From: Macrostomum lignano
Taxonomy: Eukaryota
Direction: 5' to 3'
Length of the DNA stretch: 64,000 nt
Assembly (NCBI GenBank): GCA_002269645.1
Contig: NIVC01000168.1
Coordinates: forward strand, 475,297-539,296
This document shows, in pieces, positions 25,871 through 38,214 of the stretch (its first letter is position 1; the number at the start of each line of letters is the position of its first letter). The translations under genes were made by a program, and so were the position numbers. Under the pieces are notes generated by a model that was given only the letters and a program-made list of their open reading frames with translations, was not told the origin of the DNA and did not search any database.

Positions 25871-27479
25871 AATTTTCCCCGTCTCTACTCTGACTAACTG
25901 TCTTATCATCTTTAGGCTTGGGAGTTCGTTTGCTGCTCCCCATTTAATGCTTCGTTGCGCTATTGCCGCCTCTTGCTCGCCATGAAACGCCGCTTTGTTT
26001 GCCTCCTTGCCTGTCCATCCTCATGGTTTAACCAGGGATTTGCTGAACTGTCAAACTGTGCATGTCCTCTAGCTGTTGAGAGTATATAGGACTTTTACCT
26101 AGTGTCAAACTCAAACTGTTTGCCGTACACCCACTCACACAGTAATGAGGAATGTTTATGGATCTACATCCACAACCAGCACAGCAGCCAACCATGAAAG
26201 AACACTGTAGTAGATTCTACTACCAGTGTGGTCCTTTAATTTGTTTCATAGCAGCTAACAAACTGACAAATAGAAGCTTGCATCTAGAGTTAACTAGAAA
26301 GACGAAAGAATTGTTTAATTTAATGAGCGTCCCGGAAATTAGTCATACCCGAACTTTTCTATTGCTGTGAGTAGCGATTAGATTTTTCAGCAGTGATTCA
26401 AATAAGCAATTCCAGATTTAGCAATTCAGTAAGATTTAGTAAATGTAGATTGATTTTTTGGTTAGAAATAGCCTTAGAAGCAGTAGGAATAAACAACTGA
26501 AGTATCATTTTGTTTTAAAGTGCTTTTAATTCAAACAGTATAGTCACTCTATCTAAGAGGTGAGCTCTTTCCCTCATTCCTACATGTAGTTAACCTTGAT
26601 ATTCACAGTTAAACTAGGAATCTAACTAGGAATAGGCCTCTATGTTTGTAAGCGGGAGGCTATTGCCAATGGTGACCGGAAATTTAATCAACCGGCCATT
26701 TCGTCAACCGCGGGATTCATCAACCAGACATTACGGCAACTCAACAAATTGTAGCTGATTATAGCCGCCAGCCAGAGAATGTGAGAAGTAGTAATGCGAT
26801 GTCAAATTTTTTTAGACGTGTACACTTCTTGGAAGTAAATTTTCGTAGAAACATTCAGTCCTCATGGTGTCGCGCCTTGGGGTTGCATATCGTGCAGTGA
26901 ACAATGCGTCGCGGGCATTTTAACATACTGGAAAATACATGTATGTTAACGTTAACGGCTAACATGACGGACGAATAATTTTGGCTTGAACTAATAAAGT
27001 CCGGTTATCGTTATGTCGGCTACAGGTCAAAAGGGCGACAAATCAAAAGGGCGACAGTCAAAAGGGCGACGCAGTCACAATATTATATTTATTAGAATTA
27101 CAATTTCACATGTATCAGAATTCCATGTGATAAAATGTATTTGTAAAAGTGTACGAGTAGTTAAAATTAGGCCTAGACTTGTGCGAGCGTGTTTGTTAAA
27201 TTAGTTAAAATGTATATATACGAGTAGCAGTTGAAACTTGCGATCTGTTTTATGATTATTCTTAGCCGACTGTTGCAAAGCTTTATAAAAATCAATGGGG
27301 CTAAAGAAAGACAGAATATAGCAAAAGATAAACAATGTGTCTTCCAGCTTCTATATCGAAACCAATAAAAAAATTTGTGCTTAAAAATGGAAACTTCAAT
27401 TCCTATCTCCGTAGTGTATTTTTCGAAAAAACCTGCCTCGTAAAGTTTTCTAAGAAACGGGGTTTTCCGGTTTTTGATA

Positions 27480-28090
27480 CTTGAGCCTCTTCACGGGAAT
27501 CGGTTCTAGAACCAGAATAAATTCGAGTTCTAGAACCAGAACCAGTGTGAAATGAGGAGCTTCGAACCCATTCTATGTTTGACAGTTCTATGTACTTGCA
27601 ATCTATGCTTAACATTTTGGAAAATTCTGCCCATGACATGCCCTTTGGACTGTACAGTTAACATTTGTTCACTTATAAAGTTGTGTGAGTTAAAAATACA
27701 CCAGACCCTGAAGATGGTCATTGTTGGACCGAAACGCGTCGGAAGAAAGAACTTATTATAATCTATGTTGATTTTAACTTTTGTATTTCTCTGCCTGCTA
27801 AAGCGTGCTACCTTACCTTTACAATTTAATTTTGTCGTTCCTTGACTTTTTTCCTCTTGGAAATGACAAAAATGGAATAATTATATAACAATAATAAAAA
27901 ATTGACGATTTCAAATATATTTTACTGTTAAAGTGTAAACATGACAAGACAACGGTTCGAGAAAATTTCTCGAACCATATTCCAGAACCAGAACCATGTT
28001 CCGGAACTGATTCTGTTTTTCGAACCATCAATAATCAATATGAAGAGTGTCAAACCGGTTCGGAACCGGTTCCGTTTTTTGAACCAGCGA
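27480..28090. mobile_element. GGTTC/GAACC-rich non-autonomous element remnant interrupted by the hammerhead-bearing segment
   Basis: Clusters of GGTTCTAGAACC, GGTTCGAGAAAATTTCTCGAACC and AAACCGGTTCGGAACCGGTTCC on both sides of 27600-27810; termini not defined. Confidence 0.4.
27706..27742 (+). ncRNA. Minimal type-I hammerhead ribozyme motif of the Penelope-like (dimeric) class
   Basis: CC-CTGAAGA-T-GGTC(ATTGTTG)GACC-GAAAC-GC-GTC-GG: core CUGANGA and GAAA, 4-bp stem II, palindromic ACGCGT in place of stem III, GUC cleavage triplet, CC/GG start of stem I. Confidence 0.8.
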
Positions 28091-29118
28091 TATGAAGAGG
28101 CTCAGTATCAAAATCCATATTATTATTCTACATAATATGTAATTTTCAATATAATAAATCAAAATTCTAATGAATGTGAAAAGTGGGGTATGCCTGGATG
28201 CCCAATCATTATGTACCTAATTCCTATAAATCTGCCACTTTACAAATTAGCAATCAAGGATTCATTAAGCATTGTTTATAAAGATGGCAATATTTTTATA
28301 TTGATTAGGTTATTTAGGTAGGTCTAATGCTTAAACTAGGCCTAGTTACCCTTTTTTATAATTTTTGGCGTTTAGAATTTTGGCATTGCTATAGGCCTAT
28401 TATCTGTTTTATAATCTTTGTTTTTGATATAGTCTTTATAGTTGTCTTTTTAAAAGTTTTTTTGTTGTATTTTGTTTTTATTTATATATATAATATAATA
28501 TAATTATAAAATGTATTTACATATTATTACTAATATATATATTTATATTGCCATCACAAACTTTTGAACAATAGGCTATCAAACTTGTAATAAAGCAAAT
28601 TAGAGCACCTTGCTATACAAATCTAGTTTAAAGCAGTATATTATACTTTTAAAATGACTTTGAATTTTGACTAGATGATATATAAATTGCCATTGTTAGC
28701 ATGTACATTTTCTATAATTGTATAGTAAATACTATGTAGCTATTTTAACGTAGGGCCTAGCATATATTCATACTTTTTAGAAATAATCCTAGAGCCAAAC
28801 TCTAGCTCTAAGCTAAGCTAATCTTAAAGTGATCAATTTTTCAAAATACTAAATATTTGTTCTGTCTCTAGTATAATATTTAAAGATTCTATGCTAACTT
28901 AGCAACATTAAAAAGTTGCTACTATACACTAGTAGTGAGCAATGTCTTATGCTATTTTGAAATAAAAGATATAAGAAAACTGAGATATAGCTTTAATCTG
29001 TCTCTTTATTGGAATAAGTTAACAAATCATGGATTACTATCCATTGCATTTTCAATATTTACTAGTGTTATGTTAAGTAGATTTAAAAGGTAGATAGCTG
29101 CATTATGGTAAAGGGCAG

Positions 29119-29168
29119 CATGCTTGGGCACAACCTAGGGATTCACCTGGCCATTTCTATTGGCAACA

Positions 29169-29200
<32 letters not shown>

Positions 29201-29316
29201 TGTAAGTCACTATTGGACGGAAGAGTAGTCATGTGACTGCTATCAGCCAATAGCAACTTACATGTGTGTATTGCCAATAGAAATGACTGAGTGATTCCCA
29301 AGGTTGCGCATATATG
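29119..29316. mobile_element. Decayed foldback hAT-type MITE sharing the TIR of the 11.1-kb element
   Basis: Right end GGTTGCGCATATATG is 1 mismatch from the 11.1-kb TIR; left end degenerate; flanks AAGGGCAG / GAGGGCAG (7/8). Internal arms are inverted (CATTTCTATTGGCAA...CATGTAAGT vs ACTTACATG...TTGCCAATAGAAATG), with a (CA)n expansion in the left arm. Confidence 0.7.
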
Positions 29317-32104
29317 GAGGGCAGTATTGCATGTTGCAGTGCATTGTAGTCAATAGGTAGTGGCATTAGAAGTCCCTATTGGAATAAGTGGTATTTTCGC
29401 GGACGGCGTCCGGCGCACTTTTTCTTTTTCCTCATAGTCATGGCGCATGGCGCGCTACGCGCGCCATGCGCCATGACGCACAGCAGCTCACAGGTAAGAT
29501 GCAAGGAGGACATCACGCGCTACATACAGCGCTGCTGAACAAGGATGAGAAGCATGCACAGGAGAAAGTCAGCAGCACGGTGGAAATTCAGCAAACTGTA
29601 AGTAAAACTTGTTTTTCTAATTTCTATAACTTTGATAATATTGCTATGGGCTATAGTATAGCATATCTCCTATCATATGTATTGATTGCTGTGTCATCTA
29701 GAATATGCATGCAAGTTAATCGTAAAATTGGAAATTGTAGTTGAAAGATCGCAGCAGAAATGTTCTTTATTGCCTCATAAACATTATAACATAGTGCCAA
29801 ATGCTAATTGCTCTTAATGTTCTCTTATAACGCAGTTGCAAGAAATAAAAAAGTAAACTAAATTCTATTAAAAGTCTCAACAAATTTTCTGCTTTGTTTA
29901 ATTATCTTTTTGATTGGTTGCGCGTACATTTATTTATGCTGACATTTAAATGTGAAAATATTCTTCGAAACACCATGCTAAATAGTTATCAGATTTGATA
30001 ACCCGACCCGAGCCAAAGTGCTACAACTACTACTGAAAAAGTGTGTGGATAAGGCAAAGACAATTTTGTTTGTTCGTGAACTCTGTGTTGTTCATCACGG
30101 AGTTTCTTCATTTTGTATTAACCGATTAGCCAAATTGAAGTAAAGGGTTTCAGTGTTCGTAATTATTTTAAGTACTCACTGATGCAATTGCCACACTATT
30201 TACATTATTTATTTTTCTTTGAATAGACCAACAATGTAACTTTGTAAGTCAAAAGACGAGTAGACTAAGAATTAAGAAATAGATACAACTACAACAGAAG
30301 GGGGCAGAAGTACAGTACAGAACAGAGTGCAGTAAAACACAAGTGCGGTAAAACACACAACTTTCTCTCAATCTCTTTAAATCTCTCAAAAACGAGTGAT
30401 GCATCATCAGAATGAACATGATAGAGACTGGAGTCATGCACAATATCACCTAAACCTAGAGTGCTATGGCACCCTAGGATTTGAAGATTTGAATGACACA
30501 TCGTCCATACCACCTTAGGATTTGAAGATTGTCATGACGCACCGTCCAGGCCACTTTATGATTGCCATGGCGCACTAGATGCACTGTCCACAGTGTCTGA
30601 AAACTTATTCCAATAGGGTTAGAAGTGTAGTACATATGCAAGACCACAGGAGTAACATAGTTGTCATTCAAGACTGAGTAGAGTTTCAGAATGTTTGTAC
30701 AAGACTTTATTGAATGTCTATATAGAATGTCTGTACAAGACTTTTTGTATTTTATTTTCTAGGTTTTTTATTTGCCATTATTTGTCATTTTCTGCCATGC
30801 TTTGTAATTTCTGTCTCTATGGGTTTTGAGACTTATTCCAATAGGGATCTATCAAATCTTTGCAAACTGCAATCCCCCCACTTCATTCCTTAACCCAAAT
30901 CTATCACAGTGTAGCTAAGTTATATCACTTGCAAGACTGAAAGACTTTATCTGCACTCTCAAAAGTGGCAACCACAGACAGAATATTCTGTGATAGTGAC
31001 TTTCAATGTTGCTGAGTATAGATATTAACTATAATGGTAGATAAAGGTCAATATCAACATTAAGTATTAGTTATTTATTTAAGTTGCTGATGCATTTCCT
31101 CTAATATTGCACATCTTCAGGGTCGAAATTTATTTGAACCAAATTATTTAATGCAAACAGTATATATAGTGAGTGGAGAGAAGTATGAAAGTACATGTAA
31201 TTTTGATGGTTTAAAGCTTGCACATATTAATCGAAAGTGGAAGCATTATTGGTAGGGGGAGAGTGCATGTTGGTTTCATTCTAGTCCAGTTATTAGCAAG
31301 GTAAACGCTGCATATTTTAGCCCTCAATTGCAAAAAGGTTGCCGACCCCTGAACTAAATGTTTTTTTATAAGCCATCAAATTTTACTGATTGTAAAAGCC
31401 ATGTGATGTGATCACTCAAAATTGGTCTCATTTGTTGGTGGTGTGGAAGAGCCTTAACTTATAAAATAGAGAAGCAGATTTTCAAGATATAAAGTGAATT
31501 TGAACCTTTTTGGCATCTAAACTTGACCTTCTTGTATGCCAAAAATTTTGTGCAGCCTTGGTTGAGTTATAAAACTCGTGAGTCGTGACCTTTGATACTC
31601 TCTGTCTCTGCCCTTATCTACCATCAACTATCAATCAATGAGTCAATAAACATAAGTCTCGGCTTTTTCCACATTTGATGAATTTCTCACCATAGCAGTA
31701 GCAGTGTGTGTGTGACAGTGAGTACTCTGACCCGATTGAGCTGGTGGGCAATGTTTCTGCGAGTGCGATACTTATGGGAAAGGCCTGGTGCTAAAAATAG
31801 CCACTCTAGTTTACTAGAGATTTCTTCACATTTATTACCCATTCTCAGGCGAGAGTAGAAAATTGTGGCGGAGAGTGGGGGCGCTGCGGCACTCTCTTGC
31901 CTAATGACTGCGTGCCTGACTCTCATTGGCTGGCTGTTTGGCCGTGAACCCTTAATAGGTATAATAGAAGCCTTGCGTAGCTTCGGTTTGTTGAGGCCTT
32001 TGCTTAATACTCGTGTTCTAGAAATTTCTCTGCTTGCTTTACACATAAATAAAACATTTCCAGCTCGTGGTCGAATTGATCTGACCAATCTCTCCGACTT
32101 TTCA

Positions 32105-35100
32105 ATGGCATCAGACTTAGCTTGCAACCGGGACAAGGCAATAGCCACGAAACTTGTACACTGCTACCTGTATCACAGGTATCAGCTTAATGGCAATAGT
32201 GGTATTAATCCTCATCGGGAGCTGGATCCCATGATGTCCGAAATGCTGCGCTGCCTGCTGACCCTCACCAAGGACTACGAACAGCGGTATCGGAAGCCGC
32301 TGACCGAGCTGTGCAATACCTGGATGATGGACGCCGAGCATCCCAGGCAGAGTTTTGAGCAGGTGTTAGACACGATGCTTGCTGACGGCTGCAACTGGGG
32401 CCGGGTGGTCACCATGTTCATCTTTGTTGGCATGTTCATGGACAAGTGCACCAGCCAGGGCGTGCCGGTGTCGGCTGGCGACGTGGCCGGCTGGACTGTC
32501 GATTATCTGGTGACAAAAGTGGCACCCTGGATTCACAGCAACGGCGATTGGGTGAGCGCCAGTTTTACTTTTAAGTAATGGAGATATTGGAAGCCGTGTC
32601 CTTAGCTGAGCAAGAAGGGTAGTGGCTAGTGGAGAATGAGAGGTTTGAATAGATAAAAAAAGACTGAAGGCATGGGAAGGAAAAGGCATGAATGTATGGT
32701 AAGGACGCAGTTGCAGCAAATAAAAAAACTTAAATTCCCGCCTCAAGAAAGAACCTGAGCCGTAGCCCTGAACTGGGATTCTTGCATGTCTGTAAATCCA
32801 ATTTTCGGCGGGCGGTCACCGCTGTCTTGTGCTGTATATTACAGATAGCATATTCAAAAATGCAGTGTTGAGTTCCGAGTCAGTCGTTAACGCTATGCGC
32901 AGGTCAAATATCTTAGCTGCTATTAGTAAGACAGCGTTTTTTCAATTCTTTAAATATCTTAGTTCAGGTAGAACCCCCTCTCAACCATAAAATACTCATG
33001 GGCAAGTAGAATCGCTAAGTTGTCGAGGCTCAGAGGGAATTGCTAAGATGTCAAGGCTCATAGGGGGGATTGCTAAGATGTCAAGGCTTTGGCTCATAGG
33101 GAGGTATTGCTAAGATGTCAAGGCTTTGGCTCATAGGGGAAATTGCTAAGATGTCAAGGCTTTCGCTCATAGGGAGGTATTGCTAAGATGTCAAGGCTTT
33201 GGCTCATAGGGAGGTATTGCTAAGATGTCAAGGCTTTGGCTCATAGGGGAAATTGCTAAGATGTCAAGGCTTTCGCTCATAGGGAGGTATTGCTAAGATG
33301 TCAAGGCTTTGGCTCATAGGGGGGATTGCTAAGATGTCAAGGCTTTGGCTCATAGGGAGGTATTGCTAAGATGTCAAGGCTTTGGCTCATAGAGGCCCTA
33401 GGGGGGATTGCTAAGAGGTCAAGGCTCATAGGGGGAATTTCTAATGTCAAGGGGGGATTGCTAGTGTCCCCCCTTAATGTCAAGGGGGAATTGCTAGTGT
33501 CCCCCCTTAATGTCAAGGGGGAATTGCAATTGCTAGTGTCCCCCTTTAATGTCAAGGGGGAATTGCTATTGTCCCCCCTTAATGTCAAGGGGGAACTGCT
33601 AGTGTCCCCCCTTAATGTCAAGGGGGAACTGCTAGTGTCCCCCCTTAATGTCAAGGGGGAATTGCCTACATGTCAAGACTCATGTGGGCTGAATTGCTGA
33701 GATGCTGTGGCTCATGGGGATGGGGGTTGCTAAGATGCCAAGGGGCGATTTGGAGTTGTTGGTAGGCCAATCATCAAAGGGGTGGTAAGAGTTTAAGTTA
33801 AGCCATGGCTTAAAGGGAGGCTTTAATGCCAACGCTCAAAGGGGATGCTGATATCTTAGCCCAGGCTAGATTGCTGGCTTTCAGGCCCGATGCTTTTATC
33901 TATCTATTTTAAGCCGTAGTATTGGTTAAGGAAGCACCAAAATTATAACTGCTGCTGACTGATCATGCATCTCTGCATAGACCTGGCTTTACTATATTGC
34001 TCTATTAATGCTATATCTGGATTCTAAATATTCTATCATTTTATGCGTCCTGGGCTGTCTTTCTTTTAGATATAGCTAATATTTAACTATTAATTGGAGT
34101 TAATAGCCATGTCCTTGGCTTCAACGCTCTTATAGTATCGCCCAAACCATGTCCTTAGCTTCAATGCTATTAGAGAATCGCCCCTAACCGTCTCCTTAGC
34201 TTCAAGGCTCTTAGAGAATCGCCCAAACCATGTCCTTAGCTTCAAGGCTATTAGAGAATCGCCCCTAACCGTCTCCTTAGCTTCAAGTCTCTTAGAGAAT
34301 CGCCCGAGCCATGTCCTTAGCTTCAATGCTATTAGAGAATCGCCCCTAACCGTCTCCTTAGCTTCAAGTCTCTTAGAGAATCGCCCCTAACCGTCTCCTT
34401 AGCTTCAATGCTATTAGAGAATCGCCCCTAACCGTCTCCTTAGCTTCAAGTCTCTTAGAGAATCGCCCGAGCCATGTCCTTAGCTTCAAGGCTCTTAGAG
34501 TATCGTCCCGAACCATGTCCTTAGCTTCAAGGCTCTTAGAGTATCGTCCCGAACCATGTCCTTAGCTTCAAGGCTCTTAGAGTATCGTCCCGAACCATGT
34601 CCTTAGCTTCAAGGCTCTTAGAGTATCGTCCCGAACCATGTCCTTAGCTAAGGCTTTTAATTAATCGTGTTGAACAATAGTTAGAGTAAGTTTCCAATCC
34701 ATATTTTATATTAGTTCAAGGAGTCCTTGTCTTGATGAAGACACGAACAATCGGTGGGAAAAATCGTGTTATTTATTTGCAGAGAAATCTGTGAGAATTG
34801 CACCTAAGCCGGGTTCCCACGTCAGATCGATATCAGAGACAGACAGCCAGCTGCTTGACTTTGCAGGCATTCAGCTGTTGTTTTTTGTGCGTGGGCGTTT
34901 CTTTGTCGTCAATCTCGTTCTGCGCGCCCCGAGCGCCTGCCCGCCTATCTGCCCGCGGGCGACCGGAAATGCAGTTGTAAAGAAGTGAGTGATGAACATT
35001 GGGTCCTACCTTTATAGAGAGAACTTGGATTGGATGGCTCACTCGGTTTCCTTTATCTTTTCTACATCTTCAGCTAATGGAAACTGAACCGCCATAATTG

Positions 35101-37278
35101 CCTAAAGTACTTCAACCGGTTTTTCAGTAAAAATGCAACTTAATACATGGTTCAGCTTCAAGTTCGAATTCGTGTTGGTAAATTGTGAAGAGCCGTTTTT
35201 TCTGTAATCGATCACAGATACAAAAGCTACCTACCGACAAACCACTTTTAGCATATGGATTGGAGCAAGTGAATAACTTGCGAGAGTGGGTTCCAGTCGT
35301 GACCTTCAGTCGTGGGTCCGACGCTCAAACCACTTGGCTACAACCCCTAGTTGGCTAGCAAACAATTGGCGTCAAGTTGCTGAAAAATGCACCGAGTCAT
35401 AGAGCTCTTGTTACCGACCAGATGTAGCTTGAGTCGTCCATGATGATGCATAAGAGAAGGGTGCTGTCCATTCTCACCGGTAATTATCATTTTATGTGTC
35501 TTCCAATTAAAAGAGGGGCGCAGCTGCGGCCTCTGACGACCCCGCAGACCTCCGACCAGCCGATGAATCTTAGCACGGGATAGCGAATAACATTTTGTTG
35601 CGCACCTTTTCAAATATCAAGTCGCCAACCCTCCGGACCGTCGAGTGCGAGCTATTTTAACGATCTTCGAAAGTAAAGAGATTCGCCAAAGGGTGTCTCT
35701 ACCCCCCTGGGTTATCTTAAAACGAATTCAGAGCTGATGCCAGGTCGACGTGCTGATGAAATTCGGAGGCCTGGCAAGGCCGCACTAAGGCGCAGTGCTG
35801 ATTGGCTCACGGGGTTGAATTGAATGCACTTGGCGCTTATGGGAAAAACCCGACCTTCCGACAGAGTTGTTGAATATCTCGACGGCACCCATTGTAGTTT
35901 CACTGCTAAGGAGTGCCAAATTTGTCAATCAGGTGCATCGTTGTGAAATTTTAAAGAAATCTTTGATGTACTTTTTTTCTACAAAACTTTGCCAAAAAGT
36001 TCAAACTTATAAGTTATCAACCTGCTATCTGCCAAGGCAGGTGACTTTTCTAGTGCGTGGGCGGGCAGGCTGGCACTGGTACGAAACTAGAAGAATGCGC
36101 TGTTGAAACAGCCTTTTGTGCATAGTTAAATATTTAATTTAAAAGCTCGTTGCACATTGAGAGAACCATAGGGGTCAGCTGACGAGTCTTTTTCTTCCAA
36201 TTCTTTGCATTCCAATCTCTGCCCCCTTCTATCTGGCCTGCTCGCAGTCGATAGAGCTTATCATTTTTTATCATTGGAAACTCAAATAGCTGGCAAGAGA
36301 TTGCTTTGTGAGCAGGCATTACGAGTATCCAACAACAGGGTGCGTCACCGTGCGTGCTGTTTATAGCTGCTAGGAATGCGCAGGGCTCAGTGCGGTACGA
36401 GTGCAGTCGCTTTACGGTTGTTGTAACTGATATTGCTTTTGTCCCAACCGGCTGGGTCGCCCTCGCCCTCCTCAGTTGCTGGGCCAGCCTCCCAGATCCT
36501 CAGTTGCTGGGCCAGCCTCCCAGATCCTCAGTTGCTGGGCCAGCCTCCCAGATCCTCAGTTGCTGGGCCAGCCTCCCAGATCCTCAGTTGCTGGGCCAGC
36601 CTCCCAGATCCTCAGTTGCTGGGCCAGCCTCCCAGATCCTCAGTTGCTGGGCCAGCCTCCCAGATCCTCAGTTGCTGGGCCAGCCTCCCAGATCCTCAGT
36701 TGCTGGGCCAGCCTCCCAGATCCTCAGTTGCTGGGCCAGCCTCCCAGATCCTCAGTTGCTGGGCCAGCCTCCCAGATCCTCAGTTGCTGGGCCAGCCTCC
36801 CAGATCCTCAGTTGCTGGGCCAGCCTCCCAGATCCTCAGTTGCTGGGCCAGCCTCCCAGATCCTCAGTTGCTGGGCCAGCCTCCCAGATCCTCAGTTGCT
36901 GGGCCAGCCTCCCAGAGTGTCAGTTGCTGGGCCAGCCTCCCAGATCCTCAGTTGCTGGGCCAGCCTCCCAAATCCTCAGTTGCTGGGCCAGCCTCCCAGA
37001 TCCTCAGTTACTGGGCCAGCCTCCCAGATCCTCAGTTGCTGGGCCAGCCTCCCAGATCTTCAGTGCAGCCAGCGGGCCCATCAACCGCAGCCGCCCCCCC
37101 CCCCCCTTGCCCGCAGGTCGGCCTGATCAGATTCTGCGACACCGGCGACGCGACGGGCGCCCAGCAGCGGGCGGAGGCGGACGAGCAACAGAGCCGGATG
37201 TTCCTCCGGGTGCTGACGGTGGGCGCGGCCGGCCTGGTGATGCTTGGCCTGACTTCGCTGCTAGTGAAGAGGGCGTAG
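32105..37278 (+). CDS. Bcl-2 family apoptosis regulator, ~202 aa, with C-terminal transmembrane anchor
   Basis: Exon 32105-32551 has BH4-like TKLVHCYLYHRY, BH1 NWGRVVTMF and BH2 WIHSNGDW. A phase-0 donor (TGG|GTGAGC) follows the BH2 Trp, the conserved Bcl-2 intron position. Exon 37117-37278 (CGCAG|GTC) encodes VGLIRFC...MFLRVLTVGAAGLVMLGLTSLLVKRA*. Confidence 0.9.
33010..33670. repeat. Compound intronic minisatellite (37-bp then 33-bp units)
   Basis: TGCTAAGATGTCAAGGCTTTGGCTCATAGGGAGGTAT changing to TGCTAGTGTCCCCCCTTAATGTCAAGGGGGAA(T/C). Confidence 0.9.
34100..34650. repeat. Intronic ~37-41-bp minisatellite
   Basis: Core CCTTAGCTTCAAGGCTCTTAGAGAATCGCCC with alternating variants. Confidence 0.9.
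36470..37060. repeat. Intronic 28-bp minisatellite, ~21 copies
   Basis: Unit GGGCCAGCCTCCCAGATCCTCAGTTGCT, ending shortly before the Bcl-2 last-exon acceptor. Confidence 0.95.
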
Positions 37279-38214
37279 GTGCGGCAGCGGCTTCATCTGC
37301 GTGTCGGGGCTGGGATCAGTGACTCACCCGCCAGAGCTTGCCAAACTCCACAATGCACAGAGTACTCGTGAACTTTCTAAGAAGTTTAGTCGTACTGGAC
37401 GGTAATCCTTTATTGTTAATATGCCATTAGCATATACCTAGCCTATACAACAATAGCCTAGATCTGTAAACCGGTTACCTATAAAAAAAATCTATATTTA
37501 GTTCTTTCAAGAAAGATTTCAAGCCGCGCAGATCCTTAGAGCCTGGATGCAGGCGCAGGGCGTCATGATTTTGCACTTGATGATGTATTTTTATATTTTA
37601 GCAACGCTGAACTTTAGCCGTGTTTGCCGCTTGGCAATTTTCTAATTGACAATTCGCACGGTCGGATCCAGTGGCCGATTTTATTTGTCGTTTCTGTGCT
37701 CGCAATATTTTATTCCGGCTCTTCGCTAATCAGCGAATCGATAAGACTGCTTACAAGTACTGTAGGAGTTTTTTACACCAATGGCCCCAGTCTAGTCTAT
37801 TGTCATTCAAGTTGCATTATGTTTTTCGTGCCATTGTGACTTGGCGCTGTTTGTGCTCCATTTTGTGTTTATTTGCGTCACTTCACCTCTTTATTTTATT
37901 TTATTTGCTTGTATGAGCGTATTTTGCTTCACCATTCATATTTTTATAATTGTTTGTCTAAATTGTGTTAAACTGTGTGCTATGTTCTATGAATCATCCA
38001 TTTGCATCCTTCACTTCGATTTGTAATTTTTTGCACCTCCATTTATTTTGTATCGCCATGCGTTTCATTTCTGTGCTCAAATAAACTGTTGGGGAGCTTT
38101 TTGTTTCTGAATGTTAGTGCATGATATATACATTACTGATGTTCTGTGTCATGTGATCTGTTATTTCATACTTTTCTTCATGAATAACTTCAGACAGTCC
38201 CTTGTGCTTGCCCT

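Noticed and set aside
26650-27075. TCAACC and AAAAGGGCGAC short repeats resembling transposon subtermini
   Set aside because: Termini and TSD could not be defined.
31337-31351. GGTTGCCGACCCCTG, a hAT-like right TIR
   Set aside because: No matching left TIR or TSD found.
31865-32104. N-terminal extension of the Bcl-2 ORF in the track
   Set aside because: Starts at a non-ATG codon and crosses an acceptor site at 32062; treated as intron/UTR.
36354-37126. 322/281/216-aa ORFs
   Set aside because: Produced by the 28-bp minisatellite; only 37117-37278 is a real exon.
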